Notes: generated by a model not told the origin, from the sequence alone. 64,000 nucleotides of DNA from Dendrobates tinctorius (GCF_039654945.1 NW_027361891.1:10788001-10852000), one strand, 5' to 3'; numbered from the stretch's first letter, positions 35,741 through 50,134 are shown. Numbers and translations are program-made.

Positions 35741-38270
35741 GCCTTAAAGAGACACCTTCACCGAGAAGGTACTGCACAGACTATCTGGAGTCAGAAGCGT
35801 CTTACTGGTATGGTGATACACCACACACTAGACATGACTATAACACACCGGCTCATGCCAGCACTGACGGAGTCACCATGGACTTTGCAAAGTTTTTTGC
35901 TTGCCGAGAACTGGTTACAAAAGGACTTGTAAAGTTCACTGACAAACCCGAGAACTATAGGTTATGGCGAGCCTCGCTCTGGAACGCCATCCATGGTCTG
36001 GACCTTTCTTGTAGTGAGGAGTTAGATCTCCTAGTAAAGTGTCTCGGAAGTGAGTCGGTCGAGCATGCCAAAAGACTAAGAGACATTAATATAAAGCATC
36101 CATGCACAGGTCTATGTAAAGTGTGGGAAATACTTGATGAATGCTATGGGACAGTAGAAGTCATAGAGAATGCTTTGTATAAAAGAATTGATGATTTTCC
36201 TAAGATAGGACTTAAAGGTTATCAAAAGCTTAGAGAATTGAGTGATTTATTGATAGAGTTACAGGTTGCCCAGGAGAAAGGAGATTTGCCCTGATTGGCA
36301 TTCCTAGACACCGCTAGGGGTGTCAATCCGATAATACAGAAACTTCCTTACAACCTACAAGAAAAGTGGGTTACATGTGGTTCACGGTATAAACAAAATC
36401 ATAATGTACCTTTCCCTCCTTTCACTGTATTTGTTCATTTTGTCACCCAAGACAAGATCAGATCAGAAATGACCCTAGTTTTGATTTTACCCTGTAGTGT
36501 TCCACTGCCCCCGGAGTCAATCCAGTAGGACACCCGTAGCAGTCCACAAAACTAACATTGTTTCCACAGGCCCTCCTCACAATGTGAATAAACCCCCTCC
36601 AGACAAGAACAAGCCTCAGGATGTCAGTAAACAGTGTCTTCTACACAAGAAACCACATCCTCTACTAAAATGCAGAGCCATCAGGGAGAAGTCTTTGGAG
36701 GATCGCAAAGGTTTCCTCAAGGAGAACAACATCTGCTTCAAATGTTGTGCCGCAACCTCTCACTTCGCCAGTAACTGTGAAGCTAGCGTGAAATGTGCAT
36801 AATGCAGCAGCACGAATCACAATACAGTCTTGCACCCTGGATCAATTCCACGAGTGTTGTCGCAAGCAGAGGAGCAAGATGGGAAGCAGAAGGACACTGA
36901 CGAAGACACCCCGGTGGTCAGCTCTAAATGTATGGAGAGCTGTAAGGGACTCACAGGAGGAAGGTCCTGTTCAAAAATCTGCCTTGTCCGAGTCTATCCA
37001 GCAGGCCGCAAGGACAAAGCCCTCAAGATATATGCAATCCTGGGTGACCAAAGTAACAAATCCCTAGCCAGGTACATCTTCTTTGACAACTTCAGCATTT
37101 TAGGCCCTGGTTCTCCCTATACCCTGAGGATGTGTTCAGGTACCGTTGAGACGGCGGAGAGAAAAGCAACCGGACACAAGGTGGAGTCCATAGATGGCCA
37201 AACATGCCTATCGTTACCGACCATCCTGGAGTGAAACTAGATTCCTAACAACAGGTCAGAGATACCTTCACGGGAGGTGGCGTCACATCACCCCCATCTG
37301 AAGCGTATAGCCCACCTGATACCTGAGTCGGATCCAGAAGCCCCAATAGTTCTACTCCTGGGAAGAGATATACTGCGAGTCCACAAGAATAGAGAATATA
37401 TAAACGGCTCCCAAAACGCTTCGTACGCATTGAGGCTCGACCTTGGAAAAGTCATAATAGGAGATGTCTGTCTAGGAGGAGTACACAAACCGGCCTCAGT
37501 AAACAGTATGCTTACCAGCACACTAGAAAATGGACGTCCATCTCTCTTCCAGACATGTCACAATAGTCTGCTGGTAAAGGAATTTCCAAACAGAAGTCCC
37601 CTACCTTGCCCTTTCTCAGTACCTACCAATGAAGATCACGCCTGTGAAGGTGAACAAGACCACATGGGATGTATGGTCTTCCACAGGACAAAGGAAGATG
37701 ACAAGGTAGTGATATCCATAGAAGATAGGATGTTCCTGGACATCATGGATAGACAAATAGTTAAAGACGAATCCAACAGTTGGGTCACACCTTTACCATT
37801 TCGACCTCAGAGAAGGTGCCTACCTGACAACAGGGAACTGGTCTACAGCCGATTCATCTCCCTCAGGCACAAGCTTCAGAAGTCACCTGAGACGAAGGAA
37901 CACTTCTTTACCTTCATGGGGAAGATATTCCAGAACAACCACGCAGAGATTGCACCTGCACTTCAGCCTTCAGAGGAGTGTTGGTACCTGCCCATTTTCG
38001 GAGTATACCATCCTAAGAAGCCAGGTCAAATACGAGTGGTATTCGACTCAAGCGCCAAATGCGAAGATGTTTCATTGAATGATGTCCTACTGTCGGGTCC
38101 AGACTTCAACAACAGACTTCTGGAAGTACTACTCTCTTTCCGCAGAGATGCGGTGGCATTTATGGCTGACATACAACAAATATTCCACTGTTTTCTCGTC
38201 AGAGAGGAACACAGAAACTACTTTAGGTTCTTCTGGCACCGTGACAACAATCCGGACAAAGAAATCACAG

Positions 38271-38840
38271 TGTGCTGTTCCATCTAAGGTTATGATTGTA
38301 TGCTTATATAATTGTGTTATGTTACCTTTCTTTGTATTCAGTTTTGCATTTGGTCTGCTGCCACCTGCTGTCCTTTTCTGTATAGCAGATGGCAGCTAAT
38401 TAATTCTAGTACATGCCTCCCACTTCCAGGTCAGTGACTCCTTCTCTTCCTGCCGGTGGCCATTACTAGTTTCTTTTTCACCTGGGAGAGACACGCTTAC
38501 CAGGCTGTGGAAGGCATCAGTTTTTTGACCACACGCAATTTGCTAAATTTGCTGAATCATCTTGCTGCATACCTTGCTGCACACATCTTGCTGTACCACC
38601 TGGGTTGTTACACCTGCATTTCTGGAGAAGTACTGCATTACCAATCATACGCTGTATGTCCAGATTTCCAATAAAAAAGTCTGGACTTCACAATATCTGG
38701 TGTGTATCATCTCTCCGGACGCATGAAGAGCAAAACAGCAACAATGGTCCTGTCTTCTCTGCATCAAGGAAACGGAAGGTAGGAATCTCTCCCAGCCCCA
38801 CTCAACTACACCTCCATTCGCCTCATGTGGGGACAAAACA
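38271..38840 (+). mobile_element. Solo LTR (570 bp) inside BEL RT
   Basis: TGT...ACA termini, TSD CACAG, AATAAA at 38670. Excision restores KEIT-EYRMRVHIFG. Confidence 0.9.
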
Positions 38841-40190
38841 CACAGAATACCGGATGAGGGTGCACATCTTCGGAAACAGCCCTTCCCCAGCAGTCGCTGT
38901 CAACGGCCTCCGAAATTCCACCAAAGAGGGCAAAGAAAAGTATGGGTCAGACATCAGATCCTTCATAGAAAAGGACTTCTACGTAGATGACTGTTTGAAG
39001 TCCACACCGACAAATGAGGCTGCAATCAGGCTACTAAAAAGGGCACAAGAAATGCTCGCTCAGTCTAACCTAAGGTTACACAAGATTTCCCCCAACAGCC
39101 GAGAGTTGATGGAAGCCTTTCCCTCTTAAAACTATTCCAGTGATCTAAAGGACCTAGACCTAAGCATCGACTCCCTTCCCATGCAGCGGAGTCTTGGATT
39201 GCTTTGGGATCTAAAGACAGATGCCTTCACCTTCCAGATAAGTTAAGACGAGAAACCCTTCACACGCAGAGGGGTTCTCTCTTTTGTGAATAGTCTACAC
39301 GACCCCCTGGGATTCGTAGACTGGAACTATCCAAGGAAAAATGATGCTAAGAGACTTCACTCAAGACGTCTGATAGGGAAAATCCACTTCCAGCAGAAAA
39401 AGCAGACCTGTGGGAAGAGTGGAGGAGTTCTCTCAAGGCCTTGACCGACCTTCATGTGAAATGACCGTATGCTCCTGTGCCATCCACAGAAGTCAAGACA
39501 TGAAGACTTTGTATCTTCTGTGATGCATCAGTCAAAATGATTGCAGCAGTAGCATACCTCAAAACCATAGATCTGAATGAACAGAGCCACATCGGGTTTG
39601 TGATGAGCCGGACTAAACTGGCACCAATCTGTGAACACACAATACCCAGACTGGAACTCTGCGCTGCTGTCCTCACAGTTGAGTTGTCTGAGCTTATCTC
39701 AGATGTGATGAATCTGGAGATCAAAAATGCAGAGTTCTACACCGATAGCAAGGTGGTATTAGTATACACCTGCAAATTTGACGTTTTCATGTCTATGTCA
39801 GGAAATAGGTACTGAGGATAAGAAGATCCACCTGCCCTAATCAGTGGCACTATGTGCCTACTCACCTCAATCCTGCTGGCCATGCGACTAGATCCGTTGC
39901 TCCAAGTCATCTTAAGGACACTACATGGTTCACAGGCCCTGCTTCCTTGTACCGTTCGATGCCCAACATCGACAGGCATGATGTGTTCGAACTATTGGAT
40001 CCAGATGCCGACGAGGAGCTCCTTCCTCGAGTGTCTGCTCTGCATACAGAGATTTCAAGCCATCACCTGGAATCTCATCGGTTCAGCAGGTTCTCTACCT
40101 GGAAGTCACTTGTTCGAGCCACCGTTTGTGGCCCAGTCCTACAAGTCAGCATTACCTGCAAGCCAGAGACCTTGTGAAGGTTGACATCCC

Positions 40191-41065
40191 TGTTATGAGA
40201 GGGAAAGCGAGGAGGAAAAGCAAGACAACAAGCTAAGTCTCAGAAAACCAGAGAAGTTGGTAACTATGCAGATTGCCGATCCCTGATCTTAACCGCACAA
40301 CTAGCAGCAGTCGTGGAGCGTTCCTACATTGGTCCTAGACGCCTCGTCACAACCAGAGAACTACATAAGCCTAAAGCAGGAAAAGAGGAAAACTAACTGC
40401 CCCAGAGCAGACCCCAAAGGAAAGACAGCCCCCCACATGTATTGACGGTGAAACAAGATGAAAATACAAACAAAGGCAGGAAAATAGGCTAAGCAAACGA
40501 TGGGGCCCGGCTAACTAAAAAGGACAGAAAAGGAAAGACACTGTCTGCAATCTGCCAAAAACAACCTACAAAAATATTGTCCAACACTTCTGATAGCAAA
40601 ATTAACCCTGAAGTCACTAGACTTCTAAACCTATTTCAGCACTCTGAAATATTCTGAGACAGAGCAAAAAAGAGGCCAATCTAATAAGGGACAAAAAGCA
40701 GATTGGCAAATACTGATTAATAGGAGTGGAATATCAGCATAGCCCCAGCAGGGGCAGGCTGATTACGCAACAAACTGAATTGACCAAGAAGCGCAAGTGT
40801 GAACATTAGCAAAAAACAAACTTAACTTGAGAAGACTGGAAGAGAGCTGAAGTCCAGGACCTGAGAAGCAGACTGAATCACCAGCACCCGGGTAGGGCGT
40901 CGGCTGTCTTATATCCAGTCTGATACTCCAGAGATCCAATCGTTATCTTCCTCATCAGGTGGCAGATCACTACCACTTAAACCAACCGCACTACCTCCTG
41001 TCACCACCAGAGAGAGAACGGGAGGGGAACTCTCAACTAGTGGAGCACAAAATGAGTTCATGACA
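40191..41065. mobile_element. Solo LTR (875 bp) inside BEL pol
   Basis: TGTTATGA...TCATGACA with 6-bp TSD CATCCC/CACCCC (1 mismatch). Confidence 0.8.
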
Positions 41066-43559
41066 CACCCCACTACAAGCATGTGTATACCGCGCTCAAC
41101 CAAAAGAACCAAATAGAGGGATTTGTTGATGCCAAGCAGGGAGTGTTCTGCCCATTCATGTGCAGCAAGACATTTCTTAAGTGCTGTTTCAGCTATGGCC
41201 ATTAGATGTCATAGTTGCCCTTCTTTTTCCTATTCTTGGAGGTAGGGGCTCCTCACCCTTTAATTGTTATTCTGTTCAGAACCGCCCCTTCATCTTCCAG
41301 GGCTGAAGTATGTAGCCATGTTCCCTCAGATTCCTGAGCTGCTCACACATGTCCAGCTTCCTGCAAAATCACTGCTTATATCAAGCGGATTCCGGTGAGG
41401 TTTAATGCAGTTATGTGATATGTGTTTTTTATCTGTGTTGGCTGGCCATGATGCAGCCCCATGATGTTGCAATGTATTTTCAGTTCCTTGTAATTCTTTT
41501 AAACTGCATGTTAGACAGATTCTCCCTTGTTCAGTTAGCACAATGCTTGCAGCCTAAGTTGTTTAGATATCTCTTTTCTCTTTTCACTGCATTGTGTGTT
41601 GCATTGTTCAACCTCTGTGGTGATGCCTACTGATGTAACAGCACTCTGTAATAGTGCCTGCTACTGTTATGATAGTACCCTGTATTATTGCTGTGTTAAT
41701 ATCTGCCAGTACTGATGTGTTGTACTGTCTGTTTCTTTATAGTTTTTATCCGAAATCATCCACTTCTATATCTCTGATGTCATCCACTTCTATATCTCCA
41801 ATCTCATCCACAATTGTGTTCTCCAATCTCCTCCTTTATATCATCCGTTATCATCTGCCATTGTTGTTCACATCATCCTAATAAATGTAGACTTAAGCAC
41901 CCATACAGTCTTGTTACTGGGAGTGGATGAAGGGTTTAGCCGTGTGCTGGAATCCACACAGAGTCATACATGGAAGAAGGCAGAACACTAGTCAATTTCC
42001 ATGGCCCTTTACCAGCCTGGCCCAGGCCCCAGCTGTCAGCTTTAACAGTGCTGGTTGTCAAAAATGGGGGACCCCACGCTGTTTTTTTAAATTATTTATT
42101 CAAATAATTTAAAAAAAACAGCATGGGGACACCTCAATTCTTAATAACCAACCTTGCTGAAGCTCACAGCTGATCATTGCAGCCCCCAGCTGTGAGTTTT
42201 GCCTGGCTGGTTATAGAAAATACAGGGGAACACACACTATTTTTTTCATTCATTTATTTATTTATTTATAGCGCAGGCGACGGCTGATGAATACCCCCAT
42301 CAGCCACTCCTGTTGTTACAGTTATTAACGGCAGCAGGGGTAAGCTGATGGGAGTAATAGTCCCATCAGCCGCCGCCTGCTGTCTCTTTTATCAGTTAAA
42401 TATAACTCTCAGGGAAAAATGATGAGAGCCATGTTCAGCACCCGGCGCCAGGGAACAGCGCTTACTGTACGCTTCTTCCCTGGCGCCCGTTCATGTGGTA
42501 CTGATATGGCACCCGGATGCCACAAGTGTGCCACAAGTATTACACACATGGACACTTACATCTCCGGTACCGTTTTTTTATTTTGAAATGCAATATCTTT
42601 TTTATTATTTTTTAAAATATTTTTTATATTTTTACAATTATGTAAACTTTTTTTCTAACTTTTTTACTTTGTCCCAATATGGGACAATCATTTTTTGCAG
42701 GCTGATCGCTTCTATAGCATGGAACTGAAGCCGCCTCCCCATGCTATAGAAGCTGTCAGCTCTGCACTGACAGACAAACTTGCTCATCATGCACTATGCA
42801 TGATCAGCAAGTTTCCTAACTCTGGTGACCCGGATGTCGTCATGACAACATCGGGCCACCATGGCAATGATCGGGACCCCTCGTCACTCCGCAGAATTTC
42901 AGGGGGGTTAAAGTGCCTGTCTCTGACCGCTCCTGGCACCTAGTGCCAGGTGTCAGCTGTCAGGATCAGCTGACACCCGGTGGCGATTGCCTGCACACCC
43001 CCAGTGTGTGCGGGTGATTGCTCGGACATAATATTCCGTCCATGGTCAAATAGGCCCAGGGCACATGGGCGGAATATTACGTAATGTAAGGGGTTAAAAT
43101 TGTAGATTGCTCATATCTTTGTCAGTGGGCAAACTTACAAAATCAGCAAGATGAACAAGACTAAAGCTGTCCTCCTTCTTCTCCTCATGATCGTCTCTGG
43201 TAAAATGTCTGCACCCATAAGTAGTGCCTTTTCATTGTCAATAGCTCCATCATCATCCCCATCTACTGCTTTCTGTACTCTTTTCTTCCTCCATTGCATC
43301 GCCAGTTATCCTTTTGTGTGCCCAAGATACATGTTCAATCCGTCATTTGTATAAAATGAAGTCCCACATATCCAAGTTCACCAAAATTAATGGAAACCTC
43401 ATTGAATTTTCTGCCTTTTTGGAAAAGAATCGAGTACATTCAGCCTCAATGGAAGATACCTAACTGCCTGGTTTTTTATTTCATAATACCCAGTGTCCAT
43501 TATTTATAAGAAAAAGCCATCCTTGCTTTGTTTGGGCCTTTGCACAAGCACTCAAAGTC

Positions 43560-44335
43560 CATGTTAGATGCAGCAGGATGTAGAGGAGGAGGTGCAGCAG
43601 AAGATAAATGTGGAGGAGGACATTGGCTTGGTTCAGGCAAGAGTTAAGGCTGACAGAATGAAAATAACGATAATGTTGGAAATGACAACCAATTATTGCA
43701 ATGGGTTGTTGAAAGTGAAACAACGTGTTCACAACCCCTTGATTGTGCTAGCCAGCTTGGTAATATTTATGTGTATCGTTACCATCAAGCAAAGAGATGG
43801 CTGTTGGATTATCATATTTTTAGACCCTTACTATAAAAAAACTGTTGGAATTTTTTTCTGTTTTTTGAATGGAAGCCGAAATTGGCGTATTACCAGGATA
43901 AGCTACATATCCTGCTTGATGAAGCTTTCGCAGAGTGGACGTCTGCCGACCAAATTTCTGTCAAGGGAGACTCTTGGTTCACTCCACCGACATGTGCCAG
44001 CAGTACAGCTACAACAAACAATCGAGGCATCAGTGATGACAGTGTATATGTCATGATGGATCAGATGTATCATCTGCCATTAACCCAAACTGATGCACAT
44101 GGAACTGATTGATCATGCAAGTTCAGTCGATCCTTCTGTGACCTTTTTCCAGAGGATATCCTGAGCCTCAATCCTGTGGACTTATGGGTTAGTCAATTGG
44201 ACCAGTGGCAAGAACTGGCCCAGTTTGCTACACTCTCCAGTGTACTGTCAGAGAGGGGATTCAGCTCTGTCAGTGGTTTTGTCACACACAAGCGTACCAG
44301 GTTATCCTCCACAAGTGTGTAACCCCTTACATTTG
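43560..44335 (+). pseudogene. Decayed hAT transposase C-terminal fragment
   Basis: WIIIFLDPYYK (LDPR-like), plus LWVSQLDQWQELAQFA and SSVLSERGFSSVSGFVTHKRTRLSSTSV (hATC). Confidence 0.7.
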
Positions 44336-45752
44336 AATCAGTACTGACTTTCATTCATATATTCATAATGCCAATGATTATATCATCTGTCCCATCTGCC
44401 TGCCTGTCTGTCTTTTGTCTTCTGCTGCCAGTGCCAATGTGAACGTAGCCTAACTGGTGGCTTCAGTCACTGTACAGCCACACATCTTCCTGTCCACTCT
44501 GTCTTGTATCTGTAATATACTACTGCTGAGAAGCATACTATTATTGGGGTAGACAAACATGAAACAGCCCTGAAATTAGGGCTTCATTTTTGAACGGCTT
44601 ATTGCAAGCCATTGCTTCACTTTGAAACAACTAACCTTTTTCTGTCCCCTAAATAAAGGAATAATTTTTGGACAGCTTGATAAAAAGTCATTTGTAATTG
44701 TTTAAACTGTTTACCGTTGTAGTTTTTTATCTTGAAAAAGGATCCAGTGTAGCTCCAAAACTCATGTAACTGGACCACTTGTTCCACATTTGAAGGCTTA
44801 TCTACAACAGGTGGCGCAGCTTTTTAACCGTGCACACTTCCTATTATTTAATGTATTTGCTGAGGACCATCCTCCAGCACACGGCGCAACAGCTGGTATT
44901 TACAGACTTTCAAAGCTGTTGTGCTTGTGACAACCCCTCTAGGTGAGCACACTTCCTTCTCTGTCATGTTTGTATGATATCATCCTATATCTGTCACCCT
45001 TTAGCACATAGACAATTATAATTATTTAGTCATTTTGAGAATAGAAAACCTGTCTCATCCAAAAAGGGGATCATTTTTTAATTGCTAGTTCAGAAGCCAC
45101 TACAGAGCAAAGCTCTTGATATTACCAACACAGGGATACAATTTGCATCATCATGTTTCAAAAAGCCACGGTTCCTCCCATTTACACAGTCTATATATAA
45201 ACGCCGACAAGACAGGCATCTTCCCCTAGAAAGGAATAATTTTTGGATCATTTCAAAAATTTAAAGTAGCACTTTGGTGGGTTTTTTTTTGTAATTTACC
45301 CTTTTGGTATCAATGATGTGTGTATGTGTAATGGGTGCTCGCATTTGTAACCTGCCTGATCACATTGTCTTCTGTGTGTAATGGTGATTACTTTCTCAAT
45401 GCAAGTCTATGAGACTCAGAACGAGGCTTTCTAGCTTCGTTCTGAGTTTCTGACTTGCATTGAGAAAATGTAGAAAGTGACTTTTGCTTCACACAGCAGA
45501 TACTGTTTGAGTCGGCAGGTCACAAGTGCAGTCATGGTGCTAGAGAATACTGAAGCGCCAATGAAAATGGCAGGAGACTGTGATCGGTGGATATGTTACT
45601 GCACCTATTACACATACTCATATCATTGTTACCATAGGAAAAAATTAAAAATATCACTGGAGTATTTCTTTGAATAGTTTGAAAATTCTGTTACTGCATT
45701 GTTTTGTTAAATAAGCTGTTGTTCACCATTAGTCCCAACCATTTTCTTTTAA

Positions 45753-46971
45753 GGGCCTTTCACTAGCGATATCGCTAAAGCGTCACCAATTTTGTTGCAC
45801 AACAGCGATATCGCTAGTGATCTCGCTTTGTGTGACACGTACCTGCGACCGGTACCCCCGCTGGATATCGCTGATCACGCTCGAATGTCCTGGGACATTT
45901 TTTCCTCGTTGGCATCCTGCTGGCGCCGACTAGCGACGTGTTGTGAGTTCATTTTTCCCTTCACCAGTGAGGTCTGATGAACTCCCTCTTCTGGCGAAGG
46001 AAGGTAGTGAGGCTGATTACCAAACAGCTGAGCAGGTAGATGATGACTGGGTCACAGGAACTGATGACTGGATATAAGGCAGCCGACGCCCTGCTGCCTT
46101 GCTGGTGATCTTCCCGCTGGATTCTTGGAGACCAGTCTGATTTCTGCTTCTCAAAGCTAAGTTTTGCTCTACCTTTTGTACACTTTAGTTCTGGTTTTGT
46201 TTGCCTTGTTTTTTGGAGTTCAGCCATCCCCGGCCGGGGGTGAGCTGAATTCCATTTTTTGTCTCTGATCTGTTGATCTCTGGCTCTGTCTTCAGAATAT
46301 ACCTGAGTGCTGATATAGTCTTTTTGAAGCCTAGCGACTTCAAGGACTGTTTTTCCTATCAGTCTGTTGGTTCATTTTTGGATAGGGTTTTTGTGGATTT
46401 CAGACAGCAGCTTTTCTATCCTGTCTTATTTAGTTAGCTTGGGCCCCATCATTTGCTCAACCTATCTTTCTATCTGTGTTAGTGTTTTTCATCTTGCTTC
46501 ACAGTCATTTTATGTTGGGGGCTGCCTATTGCTTTGGGGTCTGCTCTGGGGCAGTTTAGATTTCCCCTTTCTGTCTTTAGGCTAATTTAGTTCTCCGGCT
46601 GTGATCGAGGGGTCTAGGGCACCGTAGGAACCCCCCACGGCTACTGCTAGTTGTTGTGGATAGGTTCAGGGGTCTGCAATCGGATAGCTTCCAACTTCTC
46701 TGGTTTTCTTGACTTAGCTATTATTTTTGTTTTTTCCTCCTTCGGTGACTCATCCATAACAGCGACGCATGGATGCAGGCGGAAGTCATCATCATCGCTG
46801 CGGTGTGACAGGTAACAGCGACCGCTGACGGATCGCTTATCGCTGCTTCGTCGCTGGTGAGATCAGCCTGTTTGGCAGCTCACTAGCGACCATTTAGCGA
46901 TGCATCAGTGATCCTGACCAGGTCGAATAGTTGTCGGGATTGCTGGTGCATCGCTAAATGTAACGGGACCC
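45753..46971. mobile_element. PIF/Harbinger MITE split by a solo LTR
   Basis: TAA|GGGCCTTTCAC...TGTAACGGGACCC|TTA. Homologous to 13871-14300. Confidence 0.8.
45939..46761. mobile_element. Solo LTR (823 bp)
   Basis: TGTTGTGA...CCATAACA with exact 6-bp TSD GCGACG. Confidence 0.85.
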
Positions 46972-47013
46972 TTAGTCAGTTAGGTTGAGGACATTTATAA
47001 CCAAGAAAATATA

Positions 47014-47912
47014 CACTCACTGGCCACTTTATTAGGTACACCTGTCCAACTGTGTGTTAAGACTTAATTTCTAATCAGCCAATCACATGGCGGCAACTCA
47101 GTGCATTTAGGCATGTAGACATGGTCAAGACAATCTCCTGCAGTTCAAACCGAGCATCAGTATGGGGAAGAAAGGTGATTTGAGTGCCTTTGAACGTGGC
47201 AAGATTGTTGGTGCCAGAAGGGCTGGTCTGAGTATTTCAGAAACTGCTGATCTACTGGGATTTTCACACACAACCATCTCCAGGGTTTACAGAGAATGGT
47301 CCGAAAAAGAAAAAAAATCCAGTGAGCGGCAGTTCTGTGGCCGGAAATGCCTTGTTGATGCCAGAGGTCAGAGGAGAATGGGCATACTGGTTCGAGCTGA
47401 TAGAAAGGCAACAGTGACTCAAATTGCCACCCGTTACAACCAAGGTAGGCAGAAGAGCATCTCTGAACGCACAGTGCATCGAACTTTGAGGCAGATGGGC
47501 TACAGCAGCAGAAGACCACACTGGGTACCACTCCTCTCAGCTAAGAACAGGCATCTGATGGCTACTTTCAGCAGGATAATGCGCCATGTCATAAAGCTCG
47601 AATCATCTCAGATTGGTTTCTTGAACATGACAATGAGTTCACTGTACTCAAATGGCCTCCTCAGTCACCAGATCTCAATCCAATAGAGCATCTTTGGGAT
47701 GTGGTGGAACGGGAGATTCGCATCAGGGATGTGCAGCCGACAAATCTGCGCCAACTGTGTGATGCCATCATGTCAATATGGTCCAAAATCTCTGAGGAAT
47801 GCTTCCAGCACCTTGTTGAATCTCTGCCACGAAGAATTGAGGCAGTTCTGAAGGCAAAAGGGGGTCCAACCCGTTACTAGCATGGTGTACCTAATAAAGT
47901 GGCCAGTGAGTG
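47014..47912 (+). mobile_element. Young internally deleted Tc1, copy 3 (899 bp)
   Basis: Same TIRs and TA TSD. ORF 47162-47686 differs from copy 2 at 3 residues. Confidence 0.95.
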
Positions 47913-50134
47913 TATTTATAAGGCTGTGTTTGTGTTAAAGACCTCAAAAGAGGTCCAATACACTCCTAGGATTGTTATACATGTCTTTTCTGAAAAAGTA
48001 GTGACTTTACAATATTGGGATTCAAAGTGAATTTATAGGCTGCAAATCAAATTTGGGGGAAAATTTGGCAAATGCGGTAAATTTGAATTTCAAACGATCT
48101 ACTCATCTCTATTTGCAACATTTATTTTTTAAGTAAGATGGTTAATCTACTTACCGTCATCTCATTAATTTTTTTAACTGATGTTATACTTTGTACTTGT
48201 CTCGTTGAAATTTCTAATTTATCAGTAGAAAAAACAGTGCCAAATTCACGAGCTTTCATTCTTGCACATATATAATTGTAAATGTCTCACCTCACTTACT
48301 TTTGTCATTACTCAAAAGTTTTATATACTTGACATTCCCACTTTGAAGGTCACTTTCTTGTTCATTTTAGATGGTGATATATTCGTGCACAGCATTGGTC
48401 AGAATTTTGATTTGTAACTGGCTGTACTACTTAAAGCATTACTATTTTATGGTTTGCAATTATTTTTACTTGCACATACATTTAAAACATTTTGCCAAGG
48501 TCATAGCTGGCTTAATTCAGCTTACTTTCGCAGTTCCTTATCATATATTTTAATATGTATACAATGTTACATAATTACATAACTTCAGAGATGTCTGACA
48601 CCAAAGGTTAGCACAGCTATCAAAATATTTATCCTAAATGTAAATTACTTACAGGCACACAAACGCCTTTATAGAATAGATTTCTTATTCATTCATACAG
48701 TGCTATTTAATAATGTCCCAAAATGCACTCTGCATAGCAACAACCGTTACCTTGGAAATGCCTGATGTCGTCAGTCTAATAGAAATTATTTAAAGGGGTT
48801 TTTCCAGGCTGAAAAAGTACAGAACTGTGAAAGTGTGTGTCGTATACACTGTCATGATTCCCCTGTACTACCCCCTGCATGAGTGGGTGGTCATACGACA
48901 TATTCACGTAACACTATATCAACAATAATCTTGGTCTTCCATATTTATCTTGGCCTTGCAGATTTTACTTCTGTTACAATAAAAACTAAGCATGTTCTCC
49001 TGATGAACCTATTGACTGAATTATATACAGTATATCACAAAAGTGAGTACACCCCTCACATTTTTGTAAATATTTAGTTTTTTAATGGGACAACACAAAG
49101 ATATGACACTTCCATACAACATAATGTAGTCAGCATACAGCTTTTATAACAGTATGCTCTCTAAATAACTCAACACACAGCCATTAGTATCTGAAGTGCT
49201 GGCAACAAAAGTGAGTACACCCCTAAGTGAAAATGGCCAAATTGTCAATATTTTGTGTGACCGTCATTATTTTTAAGCACTGTCTTAACTTTGTTAAGTA
49301 TGGAATTCACTAGAGCTTCACAGGGTGTCACTGGAATATTCCACTCCTCCATGACGACATCACAGAGCTGTTGGATGTTAGAAATCTTGTACTCCACCTT
49401 CCATTTGAGGATGCCCCACAGATGCTCAATAGGGTTTAGGTCTGGAGCAGGGTAGGACTGGCCCATCGGAGAATCCTCTGGTGGGCCCAGGCACTTACAT
49501 CTGCTGCCATACAGGGCTGGCAGCTACCTAGGGCCCCCCAGCTAATGCCTTGTTGCTAATAGCAGTACACCCAGCTGCTATGGGGCCCCTGAGTCAGGGG
49601 GATCTGACCGGTGCCAGCGGAGCAGCAGCTGGAGACAGGAGCCTGTCCCTGCTGCTAAAGAGAAATTAATATTCACACTTCCCCACACCCCCAGAGGCAT
49701 GGAGAGGAGTGAATATTCATTTCACTTTAATAGTGGGCAGTGTTAGCCGCAGGCTGAGGCTAACACTGCCTGCAAGAGCAGACACACCCATGTAAAGCAG
49801 AGGCCAGAGGTGGGCTCCTGCAGGGTGGCTAACCCTGAGGGCAATCGGCGGGCAGGGAGCGATCCTTGCAGCTCCACTGCCTACAGGACAGAACGGCAGC
49901 AGAGCAGATCTTCAGGGATTCGATGCTGTCCTGTTTCCTGCCCGGCACTTCTTGTCTGACAGAGTGGTGCAGCTGGATGACATCATTCAGTGCGCGGCTG
50001 TTTCAGAGAGAAAGCTGCCGGCGACGAAGATGCTGCGGCTGTGGGGAAAGTGCGGAGAGGTGAGTGGTACTGTGTGTCTGTGTGCTTATGTGCAACAGTA
50101 GTGCTGTGTGTGTGCAGTGCTGTGTGTGTATTGG

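Larger units (their letters stand above)
33285..40190 (+). pseudogene. BEL/Pao gag-pol pseudogene
   Basis: Gag: AKFFACRELVTKGLVKFTDKPENY and Cys/His knuckles CLLHKKPHPLLKC, CFKCCAATSHFASNC. Protease: YAILGDQSNKS. RT: RVVFDSSAK, ADIQQIF, FGNSPSPAVA, FYVDDCL. RNase H: FCDASVKMIAAVAYL, TIPRLELCAA. Confidence 0.9.
31673..41987 (+). mobile_element. BEL/Pao LTR retrotransposon with both LTRs, decayed and lacking integrase
   Basis: LTRs 31673-32932 and 41144-41987 (TGTTCTGCC...GGCAGAACA), 5-bp TSD CTAGT, purine tract AAGCAGGGAG before the 3' LTR. Confidence 0.95.
30408..42575. mobile_element. Harbinger-like non-autonomous element (right end eroded), split by a hAT MITE and BEL
   Basis: TTA|GGCATCTTTCACACGTCCG start. 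Inverted motifs at ~30650-30770 and ~42410-42490. The sequence is continuous across 31434/41999. Confidence 0.5.
28024..43093. mobile_element. Large non-autonomous piggyBac-type element hosting further nested TEs
   Basis: TTAA|CCCCTT...AAGGGG|TTAA (28020-23, 43094-97). Removing it rejoins the Tc1 end. Confidence 0.8.

Noticed and set aside
44670-44970. Additional Penelope-like hammerhead (CTTGAAAAAGGATCC...CCAAAAC)
   Set aside because: The core is too degenerate and stems and boundaries cannot be defined, so it is not listed as a feature.
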